This document shows positions 16,866-32,020 of a stretch of 64,000 nt of DNA, piece after piece. The stretch comes from the human T2T-CHM13v2.0 reference genome, Homo sapiens. The position numbers were made by a program, and so were the translations under genes. Positions within the stretch are counted from its first letter, which is position 1. Each line of letters opens with the position of its first letter. The notes under the pieces were generated by a model. The model was not told the origin of the DNA. It saw only the letters and a list, made by a program, of their open reading frames with translations, and did no database searches. The stretch lies in the NCBI RefSeq assembly GCF_009914755.1, contig NC_060928.1; one strand, written 5' to 3'.

Positions 16866-18726
16866 CTAGGGAATTAACAACCGGTACAGCAACCAATCAA
16901 AATTCTAGTTTTAGTTTTTGACACTGTTAGGGTTAAAAACTTTAATTCATTTACACTTCAACAGTAGGTAACTATAAAGTCAGCTGCTTTGCGATTTGAA
17001 TTATCAGGGCTAACAGAAAGCCTGCCCCAAACAGGAAGTTATACAATTAATCATTTTGGTGCCTCTGTCCAAAGAACAGAATTCAGCAAACGAAAACCAA
17101 AATGTTAAAGGTTTTAAGTTTCCAAATATCTAACATCTTCCTTTCTCAAATAAGCTATATACAATTCGAGTTGGTTCTGTTTAATTTTTAAAAGTTTGCT
17201 TCCCTTCCCACCACCACTCCCCCAAAACCAGCACTATCATCAAACAGCCTGACAAGAATCTGCCTAGGCTGGGCTTAATAAACCCTATATTCCAAAGTGC
17301 TTCTCCCCTCCCAACTTTCCCTCCAAATCCTGGGCTCTTTCTCAGTAAAGGAAATCGTGTTTTCTAATACTAGATTAAAGCGACATCTTGTTATATCCAC
17401 CAACACCTTTCTCTTTACAGTTAAAAAAAAATTCAGACACACACACACCCCTCCCCATTACAAAAAGGAATGGAAGCGTGAACCCACGATCATCGGTCAG
17501 TAATCGGAGCTAAGAAAACTCAACCAAGAAACCTGATTTAGTCCCTCCTGCTAACTCCCGTATTATGTTCCCAATCCCAAATGCTGCATTTTAATACACT
17601 AAATGCAGATTTAGGTAGTATATACAACTGTTATTTCAATTGGAGGAAGCAAGTTAATACTAAGAAATTTGCACCAAAAAGAAAAAAAAAGTATCCCATA
17701 GCACAATACAGGATTTGTTTCTCTTAAGAGGACTACAGGCCTCCCTTAGTGGGCGGGAAACAGATATCAAGACACCAAAATAGGATCCTGGGCACCGGGA
17801 AAAAAAGGGGGCTGGGGGTTGTAAAAAATTAGGTTGCACATAAAAAGTAAGGTACAATCTGTACTAACAGTTGGGGAACCCAATAGCTGAGGGCGCGAAA
17901 AGGGTGCGCGGTTAGAATAACTCAGTGGGGTGGGGGAAGGGTAGATGCTAGGCCGGAGATAGGAACAGCTCCAGTCAAGTGCAGGCCCGATCGACTAAGA
18001 ACTTAACCAGAGCCCGCGGAGCAAAACCAATGTACCAACAAGAAACTCGGAGCATTTCACCAGACCCAATTTGGTCTGCATGTCAAAATGTAGGGCCTGT
18101 ATGAGTATGCCATTGTGCGATAGCGTATGGTGGAGAAAATGAGTAAATCCTTAGGCGAAACTTATTCAAAATCCCAAGAAAACAGTCGGCCTAAGGCCGA
18201 CAAGGGAGAGGCAGAGGTGGACAGCCTACGCGTTCCCCAAAACATGTGCTTATAAACAATCGCATCGTTTCAGGATGGTGGAGAAGCACCAAATAAACCT
18301 TAGTAATACAAACAGAGAAGCTGTTTGTGTCTGTGTTTTTATGCCCAAGACTGTAGAAAAAGGGAAAAAGAGGGGACAGCATGGAAAGAAAAAAGGTACC
18401 CCACGACAGGCGGGAAAAAATCCTGGCGGCTAAGTCGGTGGGAGGAGACCCATGGCGAGGGAGGAAAGGAGGGCGGGCCGAGGAGCAGCATGGTGACGGC
18501 TAAAGGTGGAAACGTGTGTGATGGGGGAGGGGGGCGATAAGCAGGCAAAGGAAGAAGGAAATGAAGGTCCGGGGAACCCAACATAGAAAAAGGGAGACCA
18601 GTGCAAGGAGGCTGCATGGGGGCCCGGAGAACGGGCTGAGAGCGGGAACCAGGCCTAATGGCGGGGGAATAAAGAGGGGGAGGGGGACTAGTTGGGCCTG
18701 ACTATCCTGGGATGCCCCTTACTCAC

Positions 18727-18959
18727 CCTTCATCCTCCTCGTTCTTACTGGCGTCAATCTTCGCCCCCTCCGACTCGGCGCTGCCCCCTTCGGTGCCTCC
18801 AGACGCGGTTCCGCCCCCGGTCCCGGCTCCGCTTCCCGCCGCCGCCGCTGCCCCCTGTGTCGCCGCCACCATGGCTCCCTCCTGCTCGCCCGCCGAGCCG
18901 CCTACCGCCGCCGTTGCCGCTGCCGCCGCCCCGTCCCCGCCGAACTGCTCCTCCGACAT
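18727..18959 (-). CDS. HNRNPD: HNRNPD exon 1 coding part (Ala/Gly-rich N-terminus, MSEEQFGGDG...NEEDEG)
   Basis: ATG at 18959 in ACTATGT context; translation matches the hnRNP D0/AUF1 N-terminus; donor GG|GTGAGT at 18726; 233 nt. Confidence 0.98.
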
Positions 18960-19270
18960 AGTGCTAGTGTCTCCGCCGCTGCCGCCGAGACTACACCCGC
19001 CGCTGCCGCGAACCGAAACTAGCAGCAAAGTAATCCCCGCCGCTGCCGCGCGCCCGCTCTACCTCGCGAAGCACACAAGACAGGGAAGGCGCGCGCGTGG
19101 CTGCAAAGGCTCCTGCGCCTCTCCCTGGCCTGCCCCCTTCGCCTCCCACTCTCGCGCGGCGCACACTCCCGCTCTCTCCCGCTGCACTAAAAAAGAATAA
19201 GCACCAGCGGCGGCCGCTCTCGCCTCCTCCTCGCTTTAATGGCGCCGCCGCGGACCACCTAAAATGGCCG
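18960..19270 (-). other. HNRNPD: HNRNPD 5'UTR of exon 1 (TSS approximate)
   Basis: GC-rich sequence contiguous with the ATG, up to the YY1-like motifs at about 19238-19270. Confidence 0.7.
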
Positions 19271-19479
19271 ACGGAAGAACGGCGCGTCCCGGTCACGTGA
19301 CGCGAGAGCGCGCCCTTCGCGCGTCCCCCCACCCCTATCCCCCTAGTTTTTTTTTTTTCCCTTTCCTCCTCGGTCCCGCCCTCTCGCTACCCTTTATACC
19401 TTCCTCTCACGCTCCGCGTTGCACAGCCTTGGGGGCCTTTAAAAGGAACCGGAAGTGTCGTGAGCTAAGACAGTCGCGC

Positions 19480-20007
19480 GGGGACCATCGAGAACAAGGA
19501 GTGCTGTTTCGAAGTAGCGGCTAGAGGGGCCCCCTGCCTCCGCCCCCGCCCTTCCGAGGATTCCTGGAGTCCACTCACCCCTCCCCACCACTCCAGTAGC
19601 GGCGGGAGCAGCAGCGTTAGGCCGGGGTGTGGCTGCACCTCTGCGAAGGCTGTCGTGCCCCGTGCAGCTGCGGCGTTCGGGTGGGGGAGGGGAGGCTCAC
19701 ACCCTGCGGCGGCTTAAGCCTGGATTTACGCACTGGAGGAGGGAATTAGCCCTGAGATGTCAGCCCTGTGCCCCTGGCGCTGTCCACCCGGACGCCCGCG
19801 GAGCGCCAGGCGCCGCAGCGGACCGCGCGCGCACTGATTGCCGCAGCTACTCTCCCTGCCGTCGCCGCCCGGGACCGGGTGACATTGAGGTTTTCGTCTA
19901 TCGCCGCTGGGCCGATAGGGCTTCTTTTTAAGATTTGGCTTTCCAAGTAAGATTTTTGTTTGCCTGCTTTTCTCCTGGAATTTTTTTGTTTTTGGTCGAA
20001 GAAGCAG
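19480..20007 (+). ncRNA. Probable first exon region of a divergent lncRNA (HNRNPD divergent transcript); boundaries uncertain
   Basis: CpG island extends on the far side of the ETS site and ends at plus-strand donors CAA|gtaaga (19947) and CAG|gtaact (20008); no credible ORF. Confidence 0.45.
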
Positions 20008-20514
20008 GTAACTTGCATATCTTAAGGAAAACATTGTTTTTGCATTGCTTTTGTTGTTTAAAGATCCTAAAACGTACCGTGATTCCTTTACGTTACTAAT
20101 AATTGGAAAGTGTGTTAAATCAAGGGTTCGCTTAATGTTCTTTAGCCTTTGTACATAGAATATATAAATGTCGTGAGTCATCTTTACGAGGTTTATGAGT
20201 TTGTGTTCGGGTTTGGCTTTTTTGTTGTGTGTGTGTGGTTTTTTTTTTCTTTTCTTGTAACACCGTTAGGCGTTTCATTAAGGTGTATAAAAAGTAATTT
20301 TATACACCTATTAAAAATTCCCGCTGCCTCGGCTGGAGACTGGATTATTCGGGCTTTGGGATTTGCTGCTTCCAGCAGTATCCTTAGAAGAAAATGAAGC
20401 TTCTAGGTACTTCTGTAGTCAACAAATAATTATTTGCCTGTTTAATTAAAGTGTTCGGGCACGGGGGAAACAAAGACGAGTTTGCAGACTCCAGCAAAAA
20501 TCTTAAGAGTTTAA

Positions 20515-20850
<336 letters not shown>

Positions 20851-21515
20851 TAAACGAATTTGTATTAATTGGACACTATCCAAAAATCTCAAAGGAAGAT
20901 TATAAGTAAGTTTTATTAATCAAGTTAGTAGAATTTACATTACAGAATAATTAAAACTCAAGAATACAGGTCAAATTCTGAAAACGTCCTAAAAATATAA
21001 TCTTACCAAACTCCCGTAATAATCAAGTCACATAAAGGTAATACCAAGAATGTTTACCGTAAAGTGGTAGTGACTCCACATTTGTCTCCACCTGCCAGAA
21101 TATTAGCAAAGGATAAAGTGGATATGGTGCTCAAACCATATATTCCGGGTTAGATACAACTAAGATGATTGACTGAAGGGAAGTCTGTTTAATCTTTTCT
21201 GGCTTCAAGTGACGGTAATTGTCATTTATTTTGATCTTAAGATATCATTAGACATACCCACCTTTTGGTAATAGTGACTTTTCCAAAAGGTTCATTTTGA
21301 TTTCACATGTAGCTTAGGAGCTTCTGGAATTCTTAGAATTTATGTCAAAAATTCCAGACAACCTAGGAATGATTTTAAAGCTAACACCTTTACATGCTTT
21401 ATGAGGATGTATGATGTCCATATCACTGATAGTCCTTGATATTATGGCCAAGATCTCTACATCCAGGATGTGCTCCTGCATCCACACAATATTCTTCTTG
21501 GAACTCACTTAACTT

Positions 21516-22215
21516 CTGGCAGGCGTGGTGGCTCACGCCTGTAATCCAGCACTTTGAGAGGCCAAGTCGGGAGGATTGCTTGCCTCAAGGAGTTGGCCAT
21601 CAGCCTGGGCAACGGAGTGAGACCTTGCCTCTACAAAAAGTCAGAAAATTAACCTGGCATGGTGGTTCCTGTTGTTCCAGCTACTCCTGAGGCTGAAGTG
21701 GGAGGATCACTTGAACCTGGAAGGTGGAGGCTGCAGTGAGAAAGGCAGAGTGAGACCCTGTCTCAAAAACAAACAAATGTTACTATTTATGTGAAGTCTT
21801 CCCAGGCTTCCTGAGGCAGAATTAATGATCCCTTTTCACAGCCCTTTATCTTTACCTCTGTTATTCTTCATTGTTTTCTACTAGACCATGAGTTCTTAGA
21901 AAACAGTGTCTTCTATGTATCTCTCCCTCCCTAACACACTCTCACACACACATAAACACAGCAGCAGTATATCCACACTATGTAATTGCCAGTTGAATTA
22001 TTGAATGACAAAATAATAAGTATGTCCAACTTGTTAGATTAAGGGGCTTTCAAGCAAACTAGGTGTTCTTCCAGGGACTTGAAAGTCTCCTCTCCACACC
22101 ATCTCATTTCATCTCTGGCATTAAAAAAAAAAAAACTTTTGGCCAGGTGCTGTGGCTCATGCCTATAATCCCAACACTTTGGTAGGCCAAGGAGGGATGA
22201 TTGCTTGAGCCCAGG

Positions 22216-22249
<34 letters not shown>

Positions 22250-25200
22250 AGACAGAGTTTCACTCTGTTGCCCAGGCTGGAGGTGCAATGGCGCGATCTC
22301 GGCTCACTCCCGGGTTGACGCCATTCTCCTTCCTGTCTCCCAAGTAGCTGGGACAACAGGCACCTGCCACCACGCCCGGCTAATTTTTTTTGTATTTTTA
22401 GTAGAGACGGGGTTTCACTGTGCTAGTCAGGACGGTCTCGATCTCCTGACCTCGTGATCCGCCTGCCTCGGCCTCCCAAAGTGCTGGGATTACAGGTGTG
22501 AGCCACCGCGCCCGGCCAAGCCAGGAATTTGAGACCAGCCCCGGCAACATAGCAAAACCTATCTCTACAAAAAATTTAAAAAATCAGTTCCTGCCCACCC
22601 AGGGACGCCTTGGGTTGTGTTTAACCCGTTTCTGTTGCCGGGTGCGGTGGCTTACGCCTCTAATCCCAACACTTTGAGAGTCCGAGGTGGGTGGATCACT
22701 TGAGGCCGGGAGTTCGAGAGCAGCCTGGGCAATGTGGTGAAACCCCATCTCTACTGAAGATACAAAAATAAGCTGGGCGTGGTGGCGCACGCCTGTAATC
22801 CTGGCTACTGGGGAGGCTGAGGCAGGAAAATTACATGAACCCACAAGGCAGAGGTTGCAGTGAGTAGAGACTGCACCACTGTACTCAAGCTGGGTGACAG
22901 AGTGAAACTATGTCTCAAAAAAAAAAAAAATTAGCTGGGTGTGGTGGCGTGAGCCTGTGGTTCCAGCTACTCAGGAGGCTGAGGTGGGAAGATTGCTTGA
23001 ATCAAAAATTCAAGGCTGCAGTGAGCAGTGATGCCACTTGATTCCAGTCTGGACGACAGAGCAAGAGCCTGTTTCAAAAACAACAACAACAACGAAACGC
23101 TTCTTCAAATGACCTGGTGATGGATGTATGAAATTTCTTGAGAATGAAATGAAACTTTTTGTTACACATTCATAGGTAACAATTAATTGTTTAAGTGGCT
23201 GGAGATGCTGTATTGGACTTGCCCCAAACAGTAGAAGGAAGGAATATCCCCTGTCAATGTACAGACATGAACTATTCCATTGCTTTAGGAGATTCCCAGT
23301 GTGTTTCAGATAACACACTAAAATGCTAGATCATCATTGAATTTAGCCTTTGTAAAGCAATTATTCTCTGCAGCAAAAACTAAAGTACTTGTAAAAGGCC
23401 AAAAATGAAGTCTGTTTGAGAATTAAACTGGAATCACTTTTACCTAGAACAAGATGCATACACCTAAGCCAAGGAAGTCAGTTTTCATCTGCTAGGTGCA
23501 GTCTGCAAATGCAGCAGGAGGTTCCCTTATGTTCAAATTTTTAAAGTATTAATAGGGTATGTATGCCAGTTGGCAACCTGGAATAAACAGTGTGGAAGAA
23601 ACAGCCAAAGAACCCATTTTTTTATACAAGGTACACATACTTGAGCTGCTTCTACAACCATGTTAAACAGCCTATAACCTATCTGGACCTATTTGCAGAA
23701 CACCATCAGTGGGATTTAAGCATTTTGTTGGAGAGTTAGTTTGTGATTTTACGTGAAGTGACCAATTGCCCATGCAGTGAACATTCTCTGTCATATTCCT
23801 TGGTTATCAGGAAGCTTCACTTTATTCAGAAAATAAAAGCCCTATCAACTTCTGAAAAGTCGGGTTTTACTTCAGCCATAAAGTCTAATACTGTAGAGTC
23901 AGTTCTGCTTACTCATGAGGATGTCAATAGTTTCTTTTAGATACAGTTTTTTAAAACGTAGCTCAAAAAAGAATTCAGACAAAGCTGATCACACGCCTGT
24001 AGTCCCAGCTACTCAGAAGGCTGAAAGAGGAGATTCCCTTGAACCCAGTAATTCAAGCCCAGCCTGGGCAATACAGTGAGACCCCCATCTCTTTAAAAAA
24101 GAAATAATAAGGAAATACACTCCTCTCACTCCAGACCTACATATCAAACTGCCTATTTGACATCCCTACTTGAATGTTCACAGGAATCTCAAGCTTTAGA
24201 TGTCCAAAACTGAACTCTACTTTCCCTACAAACCTGCTTCTTTGGTCTTCCTCTTCTCAGTAAATGACATCTCCACCCACCCATATATTCCTGCCAAAAT
24301 CCAGGGAATCATCTTTGATATCCCCCCTCCCTCACCCCCCACATCCAATCAATCACCAACTCCTCCCACCTCCAAGATATATCTTGATTCATCTAAATGC
24401 TTCTTAGAACATAAATACTGGGGTAATTTCTAGGTAGTTATTCACTTTCAACCATGCAACACATTAATGGCACATGTACATTTCTAGGACTGGGAAATAT
24501 AACAGTGATCAAAATAGGCAAGGTCTCTGGTCTCATGGAGCTGACATTCTAGTGGCAGAGACAAACGACAGACAAATAGATATGTAATATAATTTTAGGA
24601 AGTGATAGGAAGAAAAAGATAAAATGCTACACATAGGATATGTGCTATAGGACAGTCAGAGAAAACTCTTCAAGGAAATAACTTTTTGAGTAGTGCCCTG
24701 AAGAAAGTAAGAGAGAAAACCATATACTTAGCTTAGGGAAGACTTTACAAGGCAAAGGGTACACCTGAGGCAGGAGCGTGATTTGTGCTTACAATGAAAA
24801 ATGGAGTCCAGTGTGGCTAAAGTGAAGGAAAGCAAGTATAATAGATCATACCTGAGAGGTAGCCAGTAATGAGCTTACTCAGGGTCTTGTAAACTGTGGT
24901 TAGCACTCTACTTTTATTATCAAAGTCATGAGAAACCATGGAAGGGTTTTGAGCAGAGGAAGAACATGACCTGACTTTAAGTGGAAGATAATGGATGCTG
25001 TGTGGACGGTGGACTGTGGGAGGACATCAGGGAGATGAGTTAAAAGGGCACTGTCAAGAAAAGACTTTTTTTTTTTTTTTGAGACAGGATCTCGCTCTGT
25101 TGCCCAGGCTAGAGTACGGTGGCACAATCACAACTAACTGCAGCCTTAACCTCCTGGGCTCAAGTGATCCTCCCACCCTCAGCCTCCCAAGTAGTTGGGA

Positions 25201-25363
25201 CCACAGGTGTGCACCACCACACCTGGCTGATTTTTGTATTTTTTGTACAGGTGGGGTTTCACCATGTTGCCCAACCTGGTCTTGAACTCCTCAGCTCAAG
25301 TAATCTGCCTGCCTCGGCCTCCCAAAGTGCTGGGATTACAAGCGTGAGCCACCGCGACAGGCC
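21516..25363. mobile_element. Alus at about 21516-21775 (+), nested trio 22141-23090, 23990-24100 (+, monomer) and 25066-25363 (-)
   Basis: Alu consensus motifs and A/T tails. Confidence 0.88.
24115..25055. mobile_element. L2 fragments (plus strand about 24115-24400; minus strand about 24440-25055)
   Basis: L2 motifs AACTGCCTATTTGACATC...ATGTCCAAAACTGAACTC and CTCATGGAGCTGACATTCTAGTGG. Confidence 0.65.
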
Positions 25364-25694
25364 ATGAATTGACTATTTTTTTAGCCTTTCTTGGTTAATT
25401 TATTCTGAGAAGATAAATCTACAAAGAGGGTGTTATTTACATGTGGTCATGTGACTTTGCTTATTTTTCCTAGAAGGATATTTTTCTGCAAAGAAAAATC
25501 GTGCTCTAATGACAATAAGGGATCATTCAAAATTAAACAAGAAAGACTTGAATTAATATTATTGATAATATTTCCAGTAAAGACTCAGACTAGCGTTTTC
25601 ATCCAATGCAATATTTTTTCCTTTATTTTCCACCCCTTTCTGAAGTTCTGGAATGAGATTTTGATTAGCTACTGCAGGTGGCGTTTGTCCATAA

Positions 25695-26825
25695 CGTCAC
25701 AGGATCCTTTGGGTGTCTCTTTGCCAGCCAGAAAGCTCTGCGGTTGGTAGCACCTCTGCTACCATGCCCTCTGGGCTTGTTCCGCCCACGTGGCCCAGCA
25801 GGCTGCACTCCACTTGCACTACCAGCCCAGATCTCATGCCTGCCAAGGGTGAGCCATGCACAGAGCAGTGAGGGGTGTGTGAGTGAGTGAGCATGGAGTC
25901 TGGCCACTGTGTACAGCCAAGCACGCTGGCTGCTGCAGCAGGGTGAGCAGCTCCAGGCACCAGCACAAGCACTGGCTCCATGCGAGGCTGCGGCTGGACA
26001 AGATGTACTGCAGGTGGCTTCCACTGCAGGCACCAGCGTCTGGATGAGGGGAACATAGTGGCGCCTGAAAGTTCAGAGACACCAGGAACCGCAGAACCCC
26101 AAAGAGGGTGTTACAGCATGTCACAGCCCCAGCTCGAAACCCTGAGGTCTGGGCTCCCAGAAGGGCCACAGCTCTTTTCTCCTTCTTGTCACCCACAGCT
26201 TGGGGAGTTGGGGGGCATGTTTCAGCCCATTTGTGTTAACAGCTCTTTCAGTGCTGCCACTCTGCTCCAGCCTGCGGCTCCTGGACTGGCCCAGCCCCAC
26301 CACTGCTTCCCATTGTGTGGGGCAGCTGCCCAGTGCCGGCAGAAGACAGGAAGGCTATAGGGTTACAGCTCTGGCTTGGGAAATCCTGAGGTCTGGAACC
26401 CCAGAAGGGTTGTCACTCTTCACTCCCACAGTCTGGGAGAGTGTCACTTGCCTGCAGCTCGGTGAGCCAACCAGAAAAGTGTTACAGCCCCTTTAGCTCC
26501 CACCCACAGCCACAGCTCCTTTCACTCCCACCATTTGGCAGGTCCCAAGTTCTTGTCCCACTTGCAGGAAGAACGAGGTTATGCGGGCAACTGGAGGGTG
26601 AGCAAGGTGGAGAAGAGCTTTATTGGGAGATCAAACAGCTCTCAGTGGAGAGGAGACCTGAAGTGGGTATCTCCTATCCTCAGGGAGGCAGTCCTGACCA
26701 GAGTCTGAGTATAGCTGAGTCCAGGGTTTTTATGGGCTCAGCATGGAGTAAGTGCATGCTGACTGGTCCATGGGCAGGAGGAAGTGCATGCTGACTGGTC
26801 CATGGGCAGGCCTGGAAAAAGGCGC
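25695..26825 (-). mobile_element. MER52-family LTR (ERV1), truncated
   Basis: Characteristic GC-rich terminus GTCACAGGATCCTTTGGGTGTC and internal repeats, including a 29-bp duplication at 26750-26810; strand and subfamily from memory. Confidence 0.72.
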
Positions 26826-27437
26826 CTGGCCTATCCAGCCACTTTTAAGGTTCTTTTAGCTGCTAAGTTTATAATTGTCCCACTTAGTTTGCAGGAGTTG
26901 CAGTTCAAGAGAATAATTATTGAAAGAATACAGAAGAGTCAGGGTTTTCAGATTAAGGTTCAATTTAGAAATATTGAAAACCTAAGAAAACGTTTAGGAA
27001 AGTGTCTCTGTCCTGTGGCTCTTTGGGGCCTTTTCATTTGTTGCAGTGGCTCTCAGTTATTTGATATTTCCTTACTCCATAAGAGCTGCCTCAGAATAAT
27101 CACTTTCTCATGCCAGGGCTGAGAGTTCTCAGGCTCTCAGACTCAGTACAATTGCTTAAAAGTCACACTTCAAAAATAGTAACACATAATTAGATAGTAC
27201 CTCTGTAGGAGGGGTTTTTCTGTTTAACTAATTTATATCCTTGATGTTTTGGCTACTGTAGTAGACATTTGCTACTTGGGGCTCCCCAGCATCAGTTTTT
27301 CCTTCTCTTAGTAATAAATAGCATAGGAGAAACAAGTGGAGCCAGAGGAGGTAATACAGAACAGCAAGCCAGCTCATCAGAATGAACTCATCCCCACTGG
27401 TAACATTGTGGCCAGGCACAGCCCCTAAGTCAGCTAG

Positions 27438-28088
<651 letters not shown>

Positions 28089-28538
28089 TCCTTTTGATAT
28101 TTGAGTGAAGAAATACTCTCCTATTGGTCATAAACAGAGCATGTAGCTAAGGGAACCAACTACTGGCAGCCGTTTCACAGCAGAAAGATCCCTATGAAGA
28201 CAGGAATCAAACAGCAAGGAAGAGTTACTAAGATGTGGTAAACAGGATACCAGGTCATGGTCACATTCTTTGAACAACCAGATCGACTTCTCCCTACAGC
28301 TATCTCTGCCTCTAGACTTAGTCACATGATTCAGTAAATTCCCTTTATCATTTAAGCTAGTTTGACTGGCCAGTTTATTTCTCTAAATCAAAGGTATCCT
28401 AACTGATTTGTTGGTTGTCAACTTTGCATTATACCACCCACTTGTAATATCTCTGCCTTGAAGAGGAAAAACCAGGAACATTTCCTAGAATCCCCTTCCC
28501 GTTATGATCCCAAGTTAGGATATGCCAGTGAGAGGTGC

Positions 28539-28893
28539 TGTTTTAGTCCCTTTTGCCTGCTGTGACAAAATGACACAGACTGGGTAGCTTATAAACAACA
28601 GAAATTTATTTCCCACACTTCTGGAGGCTGGAAAGTCCAAGATCAGGGTATTGGTAGATTCTGTGTCTGGTGAGGGCTCATTTTCTGATTCATCGATGGC
28701 ACCTTCTCAGGGGTCCTCACATGCGGAATTGATAACGCAGATCTCTGGGATCTCTTATAAGGGCACTAATCCCATTCATGAGGGTTCTGCCTTCATAATC
28801 TAACCACCTATCAAAGGCCCCATTTCTAGTACCGTTACCTTAGGGGTTAGGATTTCAACATGACCTCTGGGGAGATACATTCAGCCCATAGCA
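28539..28893 (-). mobile_element. MaLR solo LTR (MLT1A-like)
   Basis: ATAAACAACAGAAATTTATT...CTGGAGGCTGGAAAGTCCAAGATC motifs; TG...CA ends; 5-bp TSD GGTGC/GGTAC. Confidence 0.8.
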
Positions 28894-28899
28894 GGTACT

Positions 28900-30229
<1,330 letters not shown>

Positions 30230-30674
30230 TGTGGTAGACAGAATAATGGCCCCCAAAGATGTCCACATCCAAATCCATAAAGTCTGTGAATATATTTCTT
30301 CACATGGCAAGAGGGACATTTCAGATTCTTGATATGGAAAGATTATCCTAGATTATCCAGGTGGACCCAAGGTAATCATAAGGGTCCTTGTAAGAGGGGG
30401 ACAGGAGGGCCAGGGTCAGATTACAGTTGGAGAGATTGAAGGTGCTGCACCACTGGCTTTGAAGATGAAGGGAGAAGGCCACGTGCCGAGGAATGCAGGT
30501 GGCCTCTGGAAGCTGGAAAAGGCAAGGAAAGAAATTCTCCCTAAAAATCTCCAGAATAACACAGCCCTGCTGACACCTTAATTTAGTCCAGTGAGACCTC
30601 TAGAACTACAAAATAATAAATGGGTTATTTTAAGCCACTAAATTTGTGGTAACTTGTTACAGCAGCAATAGAAA
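30230..30674 (+). mobile_element. MLT1D-like MaLR LTR
   Basis: TGTGGTAGACAGAATAATGGCCCCCAAAGATGTCCAC start; TTGTTACAGCAGCAATAGAAA end. Confidence 0.82.
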
Positions 30675-31514
30675 TCTGGTCCATCTACTGCTGTAGAGAT
30701 TAGTCTTTCCTTGCCTAAAGAACCTATAATGACCATTCCTGAAGTAGTTGCTTTGCAGAGAAACACTGATGCACCTTCAGACCCACACCTATCACCTCTC
30801 GTATCATTGCTTCTAGATGAATAACTAGACTTGAGACCAGATTCAAGTCCTTGATGACCCCAACAGAACAAGTGCATTGCATAACATTCTATAATGTTGA
30901 CCATAGTTGAACACATTCAGAAAGCGATTTGTAAAGACTGCTAAAATATATTTTTTCAATGGGTACACAGTATTTGTTCATATGGACTGGAACATGAGAA
31001 GTAGCTTTTGGGTCTGCTGATAGCTTAACTTTATAGCCAACTGGCAGCCTAGGTAACATATAGCTTTATTTGTGGGGGCTGATTTTTTTCCCTTCATATT
31101 ACACCATGGTTGTAAGATGATGATAATGATCCAGTAGAAAGAGAAAAACTGGTGATGTAGGGGTAGAAATAGGGGAATAATTGCAGAAGCCAAGTTCTTA
31201 AGTAGCTGAGAGGAGATGGAATCCAGCACACAAGGTGAAGCAGAGACAGTTCATGTGTTCTATAGGAAGGGAGGAAGCTTATGTGAACTGATGTAACTCA
31301 GTTAGTAGGTTTGGTGTTAAACATGATCAGTTCTGATTCCTTTCACTTTTCTCAGTCAGTTAAGAAATCTGTCATCAGCTGAGAGTGTGGACAGGGGAGG
31401 AGATTTAAGGGTATTAGAGAAAGACGAAGAGCAAATTCACTAGCTCCAGGGAATTTAAGGCTAATAAAGATGACAGAAAAAAGATAGGACCCACATAGAG
31501 CCTTGGTGAGTACT

Positions 31515-32020
31515 TGCCAAGACCAGCTCGGTCAGGGAGACCCTAACCGAGTGGCGCTAGAGGAATTAAAGACACACACACGGAAATATAGAGGTGTGAA
31601 GTGGGAAATCAGGGGTCTCACAGCCCTCAGAGCCCTGAACAGAGATTTACCCATGTATTTATTAACAACAAACCAGTCATTAGCATTGTTTCTGTAGATA
31701 TTAAATTAACTAAAAGTATTCCGTATGGGAAACGAAGGGATGGGCCGAATTAAAGGAATAGGTTGGGCTAGTTAACTGCAGCAGGAGCATGTCCTTAAGG
31801 CACAGATTGCTCATGCTATTGTTTGTAGTTTAAGAACGCCTTTAAGCGGTTTTCCACCCTGGGCGGGCCAGGTGTTCCTTGCCCTCATTCCCCTAAACCC
31901 ACAACCTTCCAGCGTGGGCGTTAGGGCCATTATGAACATGTTACAGTGCTGCAGAGATTTTGTTTATGGCCAGTTTTGGGGCCAGTTTATGGCCAGATTT
32001 TGGGGGGCTTGCTCCCAACA
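31515..32020 (-). mobile_element. Solo LTR, MER9 (HERV-K9/HML-3)
   Basis: TG...CA ends; repeated TGGCCATAAAC units typical of MER9; 6-bp TSD AGTACT (31509-31514, 32021-32026). Confidence 0.88.

Larger units (their letters stand above)
18400..19920. promoter_or_regulatory. CpG island and TATA-less bidirectional promoter
   Basis: Dense CpG; YY1-like AATGGCG (19238-19244) and AAAATGGCCG (19261-19270); palindromic E-box GTCACGTGAC (19292-19301); ETS/GABP site ACCGGAAGTG (19448-19457); GC boxes near 19375 and 19540. Confidence 0.92.

Noticed and set aside
17920-18700. G-runs as G-quadruplexes in intron 1
   Set aside because: The G-rich strand is the template rather than the RNA, tracts are irregular, and such runs are expected near CpG islands
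18692-20181. Pro/Ala/Arg-rich ORFs on both strands (18712..19200, 18991..19332, 19629..19931, 19726..20181)
   Set aside because: Stop-poor CpG-island sequence or the antisense shadow of HNRNPD exon 1; no recognisable domain
25665-26794. Six or more overlapping ORFs of about 100-126 aa
   Set aside because: They fall inside a GC-rich MER52 LTR and have no coding signature
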